A program made the translations under genes and the position numbers. DNA of 62,860 bases, the filler included, from a bacterium (GTDB taxonomy: Bacteria > UBP18 > UBA7526), in assembly GCA_030615855.1 (NCBI GenBank). It is 5 parts of 5 records of this genome, joined end to end, with 100 filler letters (N's around TTAATTAATTAA, not from the genome) between each part and the next. Parts side by side here need not be neighbours in the genome. Positions count along the whole stretch, not along the records: positions 27,647 to 52,858 come from JAUWYL010000020.1; 4 more parts are not named here. One strand, written 5' to 3'. Positions 29,441 through 39,471 of the stretch are shown in pieces (position 1 is the first letter of the stretch; every line of letters starts with the position of its first letter). Below the pieces are notes generated by a model. It was not told where the DNA came from. It saw only the letters and a list, made by a program, of their open reading frames with translations, and did not search any database.

Positions 29441-29638
29441 TTATCCGTAGGGAATTAATCTCCTGATATTTTTCACATCGGCCTTATGAATGAGACCCGA
29501 TTTCTTAAGGCTTCTCTTTCTCTTGGCGCTCTTCTTAGTCAGGATATGGCTCTTAAAGGCCTTCTTTCTCTTAATCTTCCCCTTCTTGGTTAACCTGAAC
29601 CTCTTGGCTGCTCCTCTTTTGGTCTTTATCTTAGGCAT
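29441..29638 (-). CDS. rpmI: 50S ribosomal protein L35
   Basis: [22 protein letters not shown]. Confidence 0.97.
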   Translation of the reverse strand: MPKIKTKRGAAKRFRLTKKGKIKRKKAFKSHILTKKSAKRKRSLKKSGLIHKADVKNIRRLIPYG

Positions 29639-29717
29639 TCTAACCTCACTTTGTTCGGTTCGTTTACCGTTAACCGTTCACCGTGAACCGTAAACCAAAA
29701 GTGCACATTGCACTTCC

Positions 29718-30224
29718 CTATTTTGATTTAAGAACCATGGTCATGTTGTAGCCTGCTAATCTTGGGCTTATCTCCACTTCGGCAATCTCTTTTGTCTCTT
29801 CAATCAATCTATCAAGAAGGCGCCGGCCCAGCTCGGGATGGGATCTCTGTCTCCCTAGAAACATGATGGTTACTTTGACTTTATCTCCTCTTTCTAAGAA
29901 TTTCACGGCAAGGCGTTTCTTTACCTGGTAATCATGCTCTCCAATCTTGATGCGCATCTTCACTTGTTTAATTTCATAGGTCTTCTGCCTCTTCCTCGCT
30001 TCTCGCAATTTTCTCTCTTGTTGGTATTTAAACTTTCCATAATCCATTACCCGACAGACAGGGGGAGAAGCCTGGGGAGCGATTTCTATTAAGTCTAAAG
30101 CCTCTCTTCGGGCAATCTCCAGGGCCTTTCCTATATCCATAATTCCCAGCTGCTTACCCTCTTTACCAATCACCCTTACCTCTTTGGCCGAGATGGCCTC
30201 ATTTACCCTCAACTCTTTTTTAAT
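29718..30224 (-). CDS. infC: Translation initiation factor IF-3 (ATT start)
   Basis: PPVCRVMDYGKFKY; AAGGAGG followed by an in-frame ATT at 30224. Confidence 0.95.
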   Translation of the reverse strand: MKKELRVNEAISAKEVRVIGKEGKQLGIMDIGKALEIARREALDLIEIAPQASPPVCRVMDYGKFKYQQERKLREARKRQKTYEIKQVKMRIKIGEHDYQVKKRLAVKFLERGDKVKVTIMFLGRQRSHPELGRRLLDRLIEETKEIAEVEISPRLAGYNMTMVLKSK

Positions 30225-30243
30225 CTTTCCTCCTCCTTACATT

Positions 30244-30346
30244 AAAAAATTTGGATGGCAGAAGCCATCCTTTTCATATCTAAACCCTACGCGCAGTCCT
30301 TTCATGAGGACGCGGTAAGGTGAGAAGCAGATAGCTTCCGCTTTAC
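30244..30346 (-). ncRNA. Ribosomal protein L20 leader
   Basis: AAGCGGAAGCTATCTGCTTCTCACCT 5' motif and GGATGGC-TTCT-GCCATCC hairpin with U tract, upstream of infC-rpmI-rplT. Confidence 0.75.
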
Positions 30347-30356
30347 TAAAATTTTA

Positions 30357-32075
30357 TCACTCTTTCTTTTTAATTGCAAGAGAAATTCTTCTGATGAATT
30401 TATCTATCTTTATCTCTCCCAAATCCTCTTCGCTTCTCAACCTCAAGGAGAGGGTATTATTCTTTACTTCTTTATCTCCGATAATGAGCATATAGGGGAC
30501 CTTCTCTATCTGGGCCTCTCGGATCTTTTTGCCGATCTTCTCGTTCCGGCTGTCTAACTCCACCCTCAGATTCTCTTTTTCCAACCTCTCCTTTACTTTT
30601 GAAGCATACTTAATATGGCGGTCTGCTATAGGGAGTATCCTCACCTGAACTGGAGAAAGCCAGACAGGGAAGGCTCCTCCATAATGCTCAATCAAGACTC
30701 CTAAGAACCTCTCTATGCTTCCCAATAAGGCCCGATGAATCATGACGCATCTGTGCTTCTTGCCGTCTCTTCCCGTATAGGTGAGGTCGAATTTCTCCGG
30801 GAAGTTGAAGTCTACCTGAATGGTAGAACACTGCCAGAGTCTCCCTAAGGCATCCGAGATCTGAATATCTATCTTCGGCCCGTAGAAGGCCCCCTCGCCA
30901 GGAGCAATCTCATATTCTAACTTACTTTCTTTTAGCGCTTCTTTTAATGCCCTTGTAGCATGCTCCCAGTTTTTCTTACTTCCAATATAATCCTCTGGTC
31001 GGGTAGATAGAATGAGCTTATAACCAAAGCCAAAGGGCTGCAAGATATCTAAGGCAAAGGAGACCGCATCCTCTATTTCTTCCTTAAGTTGAGCCGGGGT
31101 ACAGAAGATGTGGCCATCATCCTGGGTAAAGCCTCGGGCTCTCATCAGGCCATGCATTACTCCCGATCTTTCATGTCTGTAGACTGTTCCCAATTCAAAG
31201 TATCTTATAGGCAGGTCTTTATAACTTCTGGTCTTGCTCTTATAGATCAGGACATGGCCCGGACAGTTCATGGGCCTTATGGCATACTCCTGCTTTTCTA
31301 TCTTGAAGAAATACATTAATTCCCGATAGAAGTCATAGTGGCCGGATCTCTTCCATAAGTCGATCTTATATATGTGAGGAGTAATGACCGATTGATAGCC
31401 TCTCTTTTTATGCTCCTCTTCTATAAAGTCCTCAATTATTCTTCTTAAGATAGCTCCCTTGGGATGGTAGATGATCAACCCTGCCCCAGCCTCATTATGG
31501 ATGCTGAAGAGATCTAAAGATTTTCCTAATTTCCTGTGGTCCCTCTTCTTCGCCTCCTCAATATTCCGTAGATGTCTATCTAACTCTTCCTTACTAAAGA
31601 AAGCCGTGCCATATATCCTCTGGAGCATGGGATTGGTTTCTCTCCCCCTCCAGTAGGCGCCAGCAATAGAGGTGAGTTTAAAGACTTTTACTTCCCCGCT
31701 ACTCTTCATATGGGGTCCTTTGCAGAGATCGACGAATTCTCCTGTAGCATAGAAACTTATTTTCTTTCCTTTGAGCCCTTTAAGAAGTTCTAACTTGAAC
31801 CTCTCTTTATCCTTCTTTAATAACTTCTCTGCCTGACTTCCGGAAAGCATCCTCTTTTCGAAAGAAAGATCTTTATTTATTATCTCTCTCATCCTTTTCT
31901 CTATTCTCTTTAAATCCCCCGGAGTAAAGGGCTCTTTTTTTTCAAAGTCATAGTAGAAGCCGTCAGCAATTGCCGGGCCAATCCCCAACTTTACCTTGGG
32001 AAATAATTCTTTCACTGCTGCGGCCAAAATATGAGAAGTAGAATGTCTCAGAGTATCAAGGTTTCTTTTCGCCAT
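30357..32075 (-). CDS. thrS: Threonyl-tRNA synthetase (lacks N-terminal TGS domain)
   Basis: LRHSTSH, DLCKGPH, RDHRKLG, PMNCPGH and FYGPKID motifs. Confidence 0.97.
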   Translation of the reverse strand: MAKRNLDTLRHSTSHILAAAVKELFPKVKLGIGPAIADGFYYDFEKKEPFTPGDLKRIEKRMREIINKDLSFEKRMLSGSQAEKLLKKDKERFKLELLKGLKGKKISFYATGEFVDLCKGPHMKSSGEVKVFKLTSIAGAYWRGRETNPMLQRIYGTAFFSKEELDRHLRNIEEAKKRDHRKLGKSLDLFSIHNEAGAGLIIYHPKGAILRRIIEDFIEEEHKKRGYQSVITPHIYKIDLWKRSGHYDFYRELMYFFKIEKQEYAIRPMNCPGHVLIYKSKTRSYKDLPIRYFELGTVYRHERSGVMHGLMRARGFTQDDGHIFCTPAQLKEEIEDAVSFALDILQPFGFGYKLILSTRPEDYIGSKKNWEHATRALKEALKESKLEYEIAPGEGAFYGPKIDIQISDALGRLWQCSTIQVDFNFPEKFDLTYTGRDGKKHRCVMIHRALLGSIERFLGVLIEHYGGAFPVWLSPVQVRILPIADRHIKYASKVKERLEKENLRVELDSRNEKIGKKIREAQIEKVPYMLIIGDKEVKNNTLSLRLRSEEDLGEIKIDKFIRRISLAIKKKE

Positions 32076-32112
32076 TTATTGCTCCTGGATAGTATATTTG
32101 TTATCCAGATTC

Positions 32113-32541
32113 TCATTTGCCTTCGAGTTTTTTGATTATTCTGTTAACCTTCCTAGTTATTATTACAATACCAATCAGAATAATGATGGGAACAATAAAC
32201 ATGACAAAAAACATAACCAATCCCGGTCCCATCATAGGCCAACGACTTCGTTCTTTCTCCTCTTCAATATTAACAGTAACCTTCTTCTCTTTAAGGAGTT
32301 CAATAAGGAGTGGATCATTGGCAGAATCGCTCTCATGATAACTATGGAATTGTTTTTTGTTGTCATTCTCAATATAAACACCTGTAATTCGAGAATATTT
32401 TCCCAAGTTTATAGATTCTACATTGCCTGCTTTTACCTTCTCGATTAATTCTTCATAGCGCAAATATTCTCCTTCCTCTGCTGATAAGAGAGTATAAGGA
32501 GTTAGAAGTAAAAGTGTCAAGACTATAAGAGTCACTTTCAT
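32113..32541 (-). CDS. Small membrane protein resembling the FtsH extracytoplasmic domain
   Basis: Signal peptide, Y.ELIEKVKAGNVESI, L.ELLKEK.V.V, C-terminal TM; GGAGG RBS. Confidence 0.55.
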   Translation of the reverse strand: MKVTLIVLTLLLLTPYTLLSAEEGEYLRYEELIEKVKAGNVESINLGKYSRITGVYIENDNKKQFHSYHESDSANDPLLIELLKEKKVTVNIEEEKERSRWPMMGPGLVMFFVMFIVPIIILIGIVIITRKVNRIIKKLEGK

Positions 32542-32586
32542 GATTACCTCCTTTGGAATTAATTTAAAACCTGTGATTATACAGAA

Positions 32587-32663
32587 TGGTGGGCGGTACT
32601 GGATTTGAACCAGTGACCTCCTGCGTGTCGAGCAGGCACTCTAACCAACTGAGCTAACCGCCC
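32587..32663 (-). tRNA. tRNA-Val(GAC)
   Basis: GGGCGGTTAGCTCAG...CCTGC-TCGACAC-GCAGG...GGTTCAAATCC...CCA. Confidence 0.95.
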
Positions 32664-32667
32664 ATAG

Positions 32668-32754
32668 TGCCGAGGGCCGGAGTCGAACCGGCACGCCCTT
32701 TAAAAGGACAAGGGATTTTAAGTCCCTTGCGTCTACCAATTCCGCCACCCCGGC
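32668..32754 (-). tRNA. tRNA-Leu(TAA)
   Basis: GCCGGGGTGGCGGAATTGGTAGAC, AGGGA-CTTAAAA-TCCCT, long variable arm; CCA not encoded. Confidence 0.95.
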
Positions 32755-32756
32755 AT

Positions 32757-32832
32757 TGGAGGCGCGGGTCGGACTCGAACCGACGAATCGCGGTTTTGCA
32801 GACCGCTCCCTTAGCCCCTTGGGTACCGCGCC
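32757..32832 (-). tRNA. tRNA-Cys(GCA)
   Basis: GCGGT-CTGCAAA-ACCGC anticodon arm, T arm and CCA. Confidence 0.95.
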
Positions 32833-32836
32833 CTAT

Positions 32837-32912
32837 TGGAGCGGGCGATGGGTTTCGAACCCACGACCTCAACCTTGGCAAGGTTGCGTTCTACCAACTG
32901 AACTACGCCCGC
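32837..32912 (-). tRNA. tRNA-Gly(GCC)
   Basis: CAACC-TTGCCAA-GGTTG anticodon arm and CCA. Confidence 0.95.
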
Positions 32913-33023
32913 CTAACTACAGTTCGGAGTACGCCCCGATTTCATCGGGGCTTGAGTTCGGAGTTAGGTGTATTGTTTTTCCAAACTCCGAACTATTAAC
33001 TCCGAACTAAATTATCTGTGTTA

Positions 33024-33110
33024 TGGTGCGGACGAGAGGATTCGAACCTCCACGAGATAACTCCCACTAGCCCCTCAAGCTAGCGCGTCTACCAATTCCG
33101 CCACGTCCGC
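33024..33110 (-). tRNA. tRNA-Leu(GAG)
   Basis: CTAGC-TTGAGGG-GCTAG anticodon arm, long variable arm and CCA. Confidence 0.95.
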
Positions 33111-33132
33111 ATACCTTGTTGTCAGTCCAAAA

Positions 33133-33426
33133 TTATTTGCCCGCTGGAACCTCTTCTGGGATAGTCTCTACTGCCGGTTCCTTCTCCATGACAGAGACTC
33201 TCTTCTTGGAGGAGAGAACGGCTAAGGTCAGGGAGGTAATCATAAAGAGGATGGCCATGGTAGTGGTGAACCTAGTTAGAAAGGTTCCTGCTCGGCTGCC
33301 AAAGGCAGTCTCAGTTACTCCCCCAAAGGCTCCTCCCAAGCCTCCTCCTTTAGCCGACTGCATGAGGACAATGAGAATTAATAAGAGACTTGCTACGATA
33401 TGGATTCCCAGAATTAGATTAGTCAT
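33133..33426 (-). CDS. secG: Preprotein translocase subunit SecG
   Basis: VLMQSAKGGGLGGAFGG...FLTRFT; followed by tRNA-Leu. Confidence 0.95.
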   Translation of the reverse strand: MTNLILGIHIVASLLLILIVLMQSAKGGGLGGAFGGVTETAFGSRAGTFLTRFTTTMAILFMITSLTLAVLSSKKRVSVMEKEPAVETIPEEVPAGK

Positions 33427-34619
33427 CTTCCCCCCTTATTACTTAAAGCTACTACACCAGGAAGTTCTTTCCCTTCTAAGAATTCCAGAGAGGCTCCTCC
33501 ACCAGTAGAGACATGGCTCATTCTATCCGTAAGACCTATCTTTGCGATGGCTGCTACAGAATCCCCTCCCCCAACAATTGTGGTAGCCTTTGATTCTGCC
33601 AAGAGTTTAGCGATGGTAAATGTTCCCTTACTGAAAGGTTCGATCTCAAATATCCCCAGGGGGCCATTCCACAAGACAGTCCTTCCCTTATTTATGGCAT
33701 GGCCGAACTTAGCAATGGTGGCTGGTCCGATGTCCACCGCCTGCCAGTCAGGAGGAATACCCAGGCGCTGAACGACCTTCACCTTAGCATCGGCTGCTAC
33801 CCTGTCTGCTACCACATGGTCAATGGGAAGAAGAATGGGAATCCCCTTTCTTATGGCCTCGATCAGTATCTCCTTGGCAAGTTCTATCTTGTCCTCCTCT
33901 ACTAATGACCTACCGATCTCTACCCCTCTGGCCTTAAAGAAGGTATAGGCCATCCCTCCCCCAAAGATGAAGATGTCTGCCTTACCAAAAAGGTTCTTAA
34001 TTACCCCGATCTTCGTCGATACCTTTGCCCCCCCTAGGATAACTATGAAAGGCCTCTCAGGATTGGAGAGAACTTTTCCTAAATACTCAATCTCCTTCTT
34101 CAATAGATAGCCACAGGCAGAAGGAAGGAATTTAGTCACGCCTACGGTTGAGGCATGGGCTCGATGGGCGGTGCCAAAGGCATCGTTGATAAAGAAATCT
34201 GCCAGGCTGGCTAACTGCTTTGCAAATTCTGGGTCGTTTTCTTCTTCTTCTTTGTGAAATCTAAGGTTTTCTAAGAGTATTACCTCGCCCTCTCTCAATT
34301 CGGAGACTGCTTCCTTTACCTCTCCTCCAACGCAGTCATCGAGCTTCCTTATCCTCCTTTTAAGCAGTTCTTCCAATCTCTCTGCTACCGGAGTCAGGCG
34401 AAGCTCTTCTTTTATCTTTCCTTTCGGCCGCCCAAGATGGGAGATGAGAATGGCTTTCCCTCCCTGTTTCAGGACTCTCCTTATGCTTGGAAGGGAGGCC
34501 CTGATGCGGGTATCATCCGTGACCTTCCCCTTATCTAGGGGAACGTTGAAGTCCACCCGGATAAGGACTCTCTTGCCCTTTAAATCCAGATCATCGATGC
34601 TTAATTTATCCATTCTCAT
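33423..34619 (-). CDS. pgk: Phosphoglycerate kinase
   Basis: RVDFNVP, SHLGRP, NDAFGTAHRAHAS and STGGGASLEFLEG. Confidence 0.98.
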   Translation of the reverse strand: MRMDKLSIDDLDLKGKRVLIRVDFNVPLDKGKVTDDTRIRASLPSIRRVLKQGGKAILISHLGRPKGKIKEELRLTPVAERLEELLKRRIRKLDDCVGGEVKEAVSELREGEVILLENLRFHKEEEENDPEFAKQLASLADFFINDAFGTAHRAHASTVGVTKFLPSACGYLLKKEIEYLGKVLSNPERPFIVILGGAKVSTKIGVIKNLFGKADIFIFGGGMAYTFFKARGVEIGRSLVEEDKIELAKEILIEAIRKGIPILLPIDHVVADRVAADAKVKVVQRLGIPPDWQAVDIGPATIAKFGHAINKGRTVLWNGPLGIFEIEPFSKGTFTIAKLLAESKATTIVGGGDSVAAIAKIGLTDRMSHVSTGGGASLEFLEGKELPGVVALSNKGGR

Positions 34620-34637
34620 CCTCGCTCCACCCTAACG

Positions 34638-34782
34638 GATATTAGGAAATTTGGATATCAGGATTTGGAAATTGGGATATCAGGAACGCCTTTGTCTCTA
34701 ACCCCCCAGTCCCCTAATCACCAAATCCCAGTCACCCAATCACCCAATTTCCCAAATTTACTATTCTACCTAATCCAACTAA
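34638..34782. repeat. Inverted octamer array between gap and pgk
   Basis: (ggatatca/ggaaattg) left arm, (cacccaat) right arm. Confidence 0.75.
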
Positions 34783-35799
<1,017 letters not shown>

Positions 35800-35802
35800 T
35801 TA

Positions 35803-35980
35803 TACGTTAAAAGGTTGCGCAACTCGTTTTCAGATTATCAGAACATCAGACTATCAGAATGAGAATTCAGGAATCAGATTTCAGATTCAATCTGACCTTC
35901 TGATAACTGACCCTCTCCATCTGATACTCTGGTAATCTGATATTCTAATTATATGAGCAGCGTAACCGCAACCGAATGAC
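35803..35980. repeat. Composite element: conserved frame enclosing (atcaga)/(tctgat) octamer arrays
   Basis: Ends match 10946-11208; inner units match 49660-49800. Confidence 0.75.
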
Positions 35981-35996
35981 TTCTCCTTAATTTATT

Positions 35997-36025
35997 ATAA
36001 TATCATATTTTCAAAGATAAGTCAA
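35997..36025 (-). promoter_or_regulatory. Sigma70 promoter for gap-pgk-secG
   Basis: TTGACT-17 nt-TATTAT with extended TG. Confidence 0.6.
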
Positions 36026-36744
36026 ATTTTTGAGGTGGTCCGGGCTAAAGTGAGGACTGTTACCTCCTTTGTTCCGGCAGTAAGTAGGACTTTGCTGCAT
36101 TCGTCTACCGTGGCTGCAGTAGTACATATATCGTCAATGAGAAGAATCCTTCTATTCCGAACCCCTTCTTCCTCTTTCACCATAAAGGCACCTCTGACAT
36201 TCTTCCTCCTCTCTTCGGGATTCAAGTTGCTCATGCTTTTGGTATCCCTTATTCTTAATAGGTTTCCATTCGAGACAGAAAGAGAGAAATGCTTACCAAT
36301 TATCTGGGCAAAGGCCTCTGCCTGATTGAATTCCCTCTCTTTCTTCTTGCTCCTGAAGAGAGGAACAGGGAGGATGAGGTCAAAGTCGCTCATCTTTAGA
36401 TTCCTCTGGCAATACTTTAGGAGTAATTCCCCCAGAGGTGGAATGAGGGCCTTTACCCTTTCATACTTGAGAAGCAGAATGGCCTCCCTCAGTACTTCCT
36501 GATAGATGCCCATAGAATATATACTTTTAAAGTAACGTTTCTCTTTTTGGCAATCCTTACAGATCCTATTTTCAAAAGGTCTTAAAGGTCGGCCGCATTT
36601 GAGGCAACGGGGCCCTTCAATGAATCTAATCTTAGCAAAGCATTCTGAACAGATATAAGTGAGATTCCCTGCTTCTAAAGTTTTCTTGCAGATTCTGCAT
36701 TCCAGAGGAAAGATTAAACTTAAAAGAGTTTTGATAAGGTTCAT
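36022..36744 (-). CDS. ComF family protein (zinc ribbon plus PRTase)
   Basis: CxxC pairs, PVPL..KKEREFNQA, LLIDDICTTAAT. Confidence 0.92.
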   Translation of the reverse strand: MNLIKTLLSLIFPLECRICKKTLEAGNLTYICSECFAKIRFIEGPRCLKCGRPLRPFENRICKDCQKEKRYFKSIYSMGIYQEVLREAILLLKYERVKALIPPLGELLLKYCQRNLKMSDFDLILPVPLFRSKKKEREFNQAEAFAQIIGKHFSLSVSNGNLLRIRDTKSMSNLNPEERRKNVRGAFMVKEEEGVRNRRILLIDDICTTAATVDECSKVLLTAGTKEVTVLTLARTTSKI

Positions 36745-36752
36745 AGTTACAT

Positions 36753-36824
36753 TTTACCCCGTCCTCATTCGAAAATCAAGTCATTATTCTGTGAATTTTT
36801 ACAAAAATGGGGGCGGGGTTTACC
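36753..36824. mobile_element. Short TIR element
   Basis: accccgtcctcatt...aatgggggcggggt with tttacc repeated at both ends. Confidence 0.6.
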
Positions 36825-36838
36825 CTAAAAGATAGAAT

Positions 36839-36867
36839 TTGCAAAATTTATTTAGTTGAGGTATACT
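36839..36867 (+). promoter_or_regulatory. Sigma70 promoter for lptFG
   Basis: TTGCAA-17 nt-TATACT. Confidence 0.6.
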
Positions 36868-36912
36868 ATATATAAGTAGGAGAGTAGCAAAGTAAGATAG
36901 TAGGAAAGTAGG

Positions 36913-38013
36913 ATGAAAATTCTGAGGCGCTATATCTGTAAGGAATTAGTAGGGCCTTTCTTTCTGGGCTTAGGAATCTTTACCTTCGTTATGCTCATGC
37001 AACAGATCATAGAACTCACCGATCTGGTCATTTACAAGGGAGTGGGCATAGGGATTGTGGGGCGGCTCTTTCTCTATGTCCTTCCCTACTTCCTCATGTT
37101 CATCATCCCCATGGCTATTTTGGTAGCAGTATTGCTTTCCTTCGGTCGGCTATCACAAGATAATGAGATCACTGCCATCCAGGCCTCGGGCACTAATCTC
37201 TGGGTCTTGGTACGGCCAGTACTGATCATCGGCCTGGCCTTGAGTATCTTTCTGACCCTCTTCAATAATTTCATCTCCCCCAGAAGTAAATATGCCTTCA
37301 GGAGCCTCTACTTTGATATCGTTGATAAGCAGGCCAGCGTTATCCTCCAGCCTAGAATCTGGATCTCGGACTTCGATGGCCTCATCCTGCACACCGAGGA
37401 GATGGATGAAAGAACGGGGGAGATGTTCGGGGTCACTCTATATCAATTGAGTGAGGAGGGTTCTCCAAGAACCATCTTTGCCCAGAGAGGAAAGCTGGTC
37501 TCCGATCCCCAAAAACTAGAGGTGGGAATCAAGCTCTTCGATGGAACGATGCATACTGCAGATGTCAAACACCCCACGCGTTACCATATCCTATCCTTCG
37601 CCACCCACTTCACCAACCTGGACATCCACGGTTCTCTTAAACACGAAGAGACGGCGAAGCGCTTGGAAGAGATGACCACAAAAGAGCTCTGGGGACATAT
37701 TAGAGAGATTCGCAGTCGAAAACAGGTTCCCAGATGGCAGTTGGTCAAGCTTCACAAGAGGTTCTCCTTCGCCTTCGCTCCCCTGGCCTTCATCCTGATT
37801 GGAGTCCCCCTGGGAATAAAGACCCACCACAGCGCCAAGTCCATCGGTTTCGTCATCAGTTTCTGTCTGGCCTTTGTCTATTATTTCATCATGATGGCGG
37901 GAGAGCATCTGGGTAGAATAGGGGCTCTTCCTCCGGGTCTGGCCATCTGGCTCCCCAATCTCTTTTTGGGAATAGCCGGGATATTCCTCTTAGTAAGAAT
38001 GGTGAAAAGGTAA
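36913..38013 (+). CDS. lptF: LPS export permease LptF
   Basis: ILRRYI.KE, GRLSQDNEITAIQASG and AIWLPN; paired with lptG. Confidence 0.88.
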   Translation: MKILRRYICKELVGPFFLGLGIFTFVMLMQQIIELTDLVIYKGVGIGIVGRLFLYVLPYFLMFIIPMAILVAVLLSFGRLSQDNEITAIQASGTNLWVLVRPVLIIGLALSIFLTLFNNFISPRSKYAFRSLYFDIVDKQASVILQPRIWISDFDGLILHTEEMDERTGEMFGVTLYQLSEEGSPRTIFAQRGKLVSDPQKLEVGIKLFDGTMHTADVKHPTRYHILSFATHFTNLDIHGSLKHEETAKRLEEMTTKELWGHIREIRSRKQVPRWQLVKLHKRFSFAFAPLAFILIGVPLGIKTHHSAKSIGFVISFCLAFVYYFIMMAGEHLGRIGALPPGLAIWLPNLFLGIAGIFLLVRMVKR

Positions 38014-39086
38014 TGAAGATTCTGGATCGTTATTTAGCAAGAGAGCTCTTAAAGCCCTTCATCTTCTGTCTCTTGATCTTCACTGCTCTGATATTCATCG
38101 CCCAACTCTTTGAGGAACTGGACCATATACAGCGCTTGGGGTGGGGGGTGATGATTCGCTACTTGCTCTATCGCACCCCTTTCTTCCTGGCCCAGTTCGC
38201 ACCAGTAACGGTGCTTCTCGCTGGGCTATGGTCTTTAGGAAACCTCTCCAAGAACTACGAACTCATCGCCATGAAGGCCGGAGGAATATCCTTCGGGCGT
38301 ATCTTGGTTCCCATGTTAGCTTTAGCATTGGTTATCAGCTTCCTCACCCTCATCCTGAATGAATCCATCATTCCTCCCCTCAACATGAAGGTCAAGAGGT
38401 TTGAACAGACCAGGATGGATGAGCGGCCAGAGTATGAGAGGAGAGATAATGTCGCCTTCTATAGCCCGGACCATCAATACCTCATCTATATGAAGACCTT
38501 TGACGGAGAGAAGAGCCAGATGCGTCATATCCAGATTTTGGCCCGGCGCCCGGATGGTAGCTTAGCAAGGAGAATAGATGCCCAGAAGGGGCTATACAGT
38601 AATGGAGGCTGGTACTTCATTGAAGGGATAGAGAGGGAGTTCGATGTGCGAGGAGAGAATATCTTAAAGGAAGAGGGTTTCGAAGAGAAATATCTTCCCC
38701 TGGATGTTAAGCCAAGTGACTTCAGCCGGGAGATACAGAAGCCGGAGGAGTTGAACTTCATCCAGCTGGCAAGATATATTGCTCAGTCCAGAAGAGGGGG
38801 ATATGATGTCCGGAGGTATTTGGTTGACCTCCATCTGAAGATCGCCTCACCCTTCGCTTGTATCATCATCCTCTTGGTGGGTGCTCCCCTGGCCATCTTT
38901 TCCCCAAGGAGTGGAAGACTGATCAGTTTCGGGATAGCCACCTTCATCGGCTTCCTTTATTGGGGGGGGATGTCTGTCGGTCGCTCCTTAGGAAGGGTAG
39001 GGATTCTAACCCCGCTTCTTGCCGCCTGGGTGGCCAATTTTCTCTTCATTAGCCTAGGATTATATCTCCTACGCCGGGCGAGATAA
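38013..39086 (+). CDS. lptG: LPS export permease LptG
   Basis: ILDRYL.RE, L....ELIAMKAGG and P.LAAW.AN. Confidence 0.88.
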   Translation: MKILDRYLARELLKPFIFCLLIFTALIFIAQLFEELDHIQRLGWGVMIRYLLYRTPFFLAQFAPVTVLLAGLWSLGNLSKNYELIAMKAGGISFGRILVPMLALALVISFLTLILNESIIPPLNMKVKRFEQTRMDERPEYERRDNVAFYSPDHQYLIYMKTFDGEKSQMRHIQILARRPDGSLARRIDAQKGLYSNGGWYFIEGIEREFDVRGENILKEEGFEEKYLPLDVKPSDFSREIQKPEELNFIQLARYIAQSRRGGYDVRRYLVDLHLKIASPFACIIILLVGAPLAIFSPRSGRLISFGIATFIGFLYWGGMSVGRSLGRVGILTPLLAAWVANFLFISLGLYLLRRAR

Positions 39087-39420
39087 GAACCTCCGATTTC
39101 ATCGGAGAACCTTGTTTCTCGCTTTGCTCAAAATAAGAACCTGACTTCGTCAGAACCTTGTTTTGCTTATTGAAGTTCCGATATCTTAAAATAACGGCGC
39201 GCTTCGCTCTCCGTCGTCTTTTGCTTATTAAAGTTCCGATACCTTAAAATAAAAGACATTATTCTCAGATATTCCAGATAGGCACTCGTTTCACTCGTGC
39301 TCTATCTTCCTTCGGACAGCCCCTTTTATCAAAGAGGCTGGGTTCGTATCAGTTGAGCCCCGCACCTTAACCCGAAGGGTAAGGGGCGGTCGGAATTGAA
39401 TTTATTCAAGTTCCGATACG
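39081..39420. repeat. Composite repeat and hairpin cluster
   Basis: 34-bp direct repeats at 39161-39194 and 39219-39252, plus several hairpins. Confidence 0.75.
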
Positions 39421-39424
39421 ATAA

Positions 39425-39457
39425 AAAAGGGGCGGCTCATTTAGAGCCGCCCCTTTT
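39425..39457. terminator. Bidirectional intrinsic terminator between lptG and ahcY
   Basis: aaaaggggcggctc-attta-gagccgcccctttt. Confidence 0.85.
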
Positions 39458-39471
39458 CACTTTTGGGATAT

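Noticed and set aside
30357-32075. Truncated thrS
   Set aside because: TGS-less ThrRS is a known natural form; RBS, editing and catalytic motifs are intact.
32545-32600. Integrated island at tRNA-Val
   Set aside because: No integrase and no duplicated tRNA 3' end are visible.
32654-33010. Three short ORFs over the tRNA cluster
   Set aside because: They overlap clear tRNA genes.
39161-39252. CRISPR array
   Set aside because: Only two full repeats, hairpin spacers, one spacer recurring with the repeat at 28863, and no cas genes.
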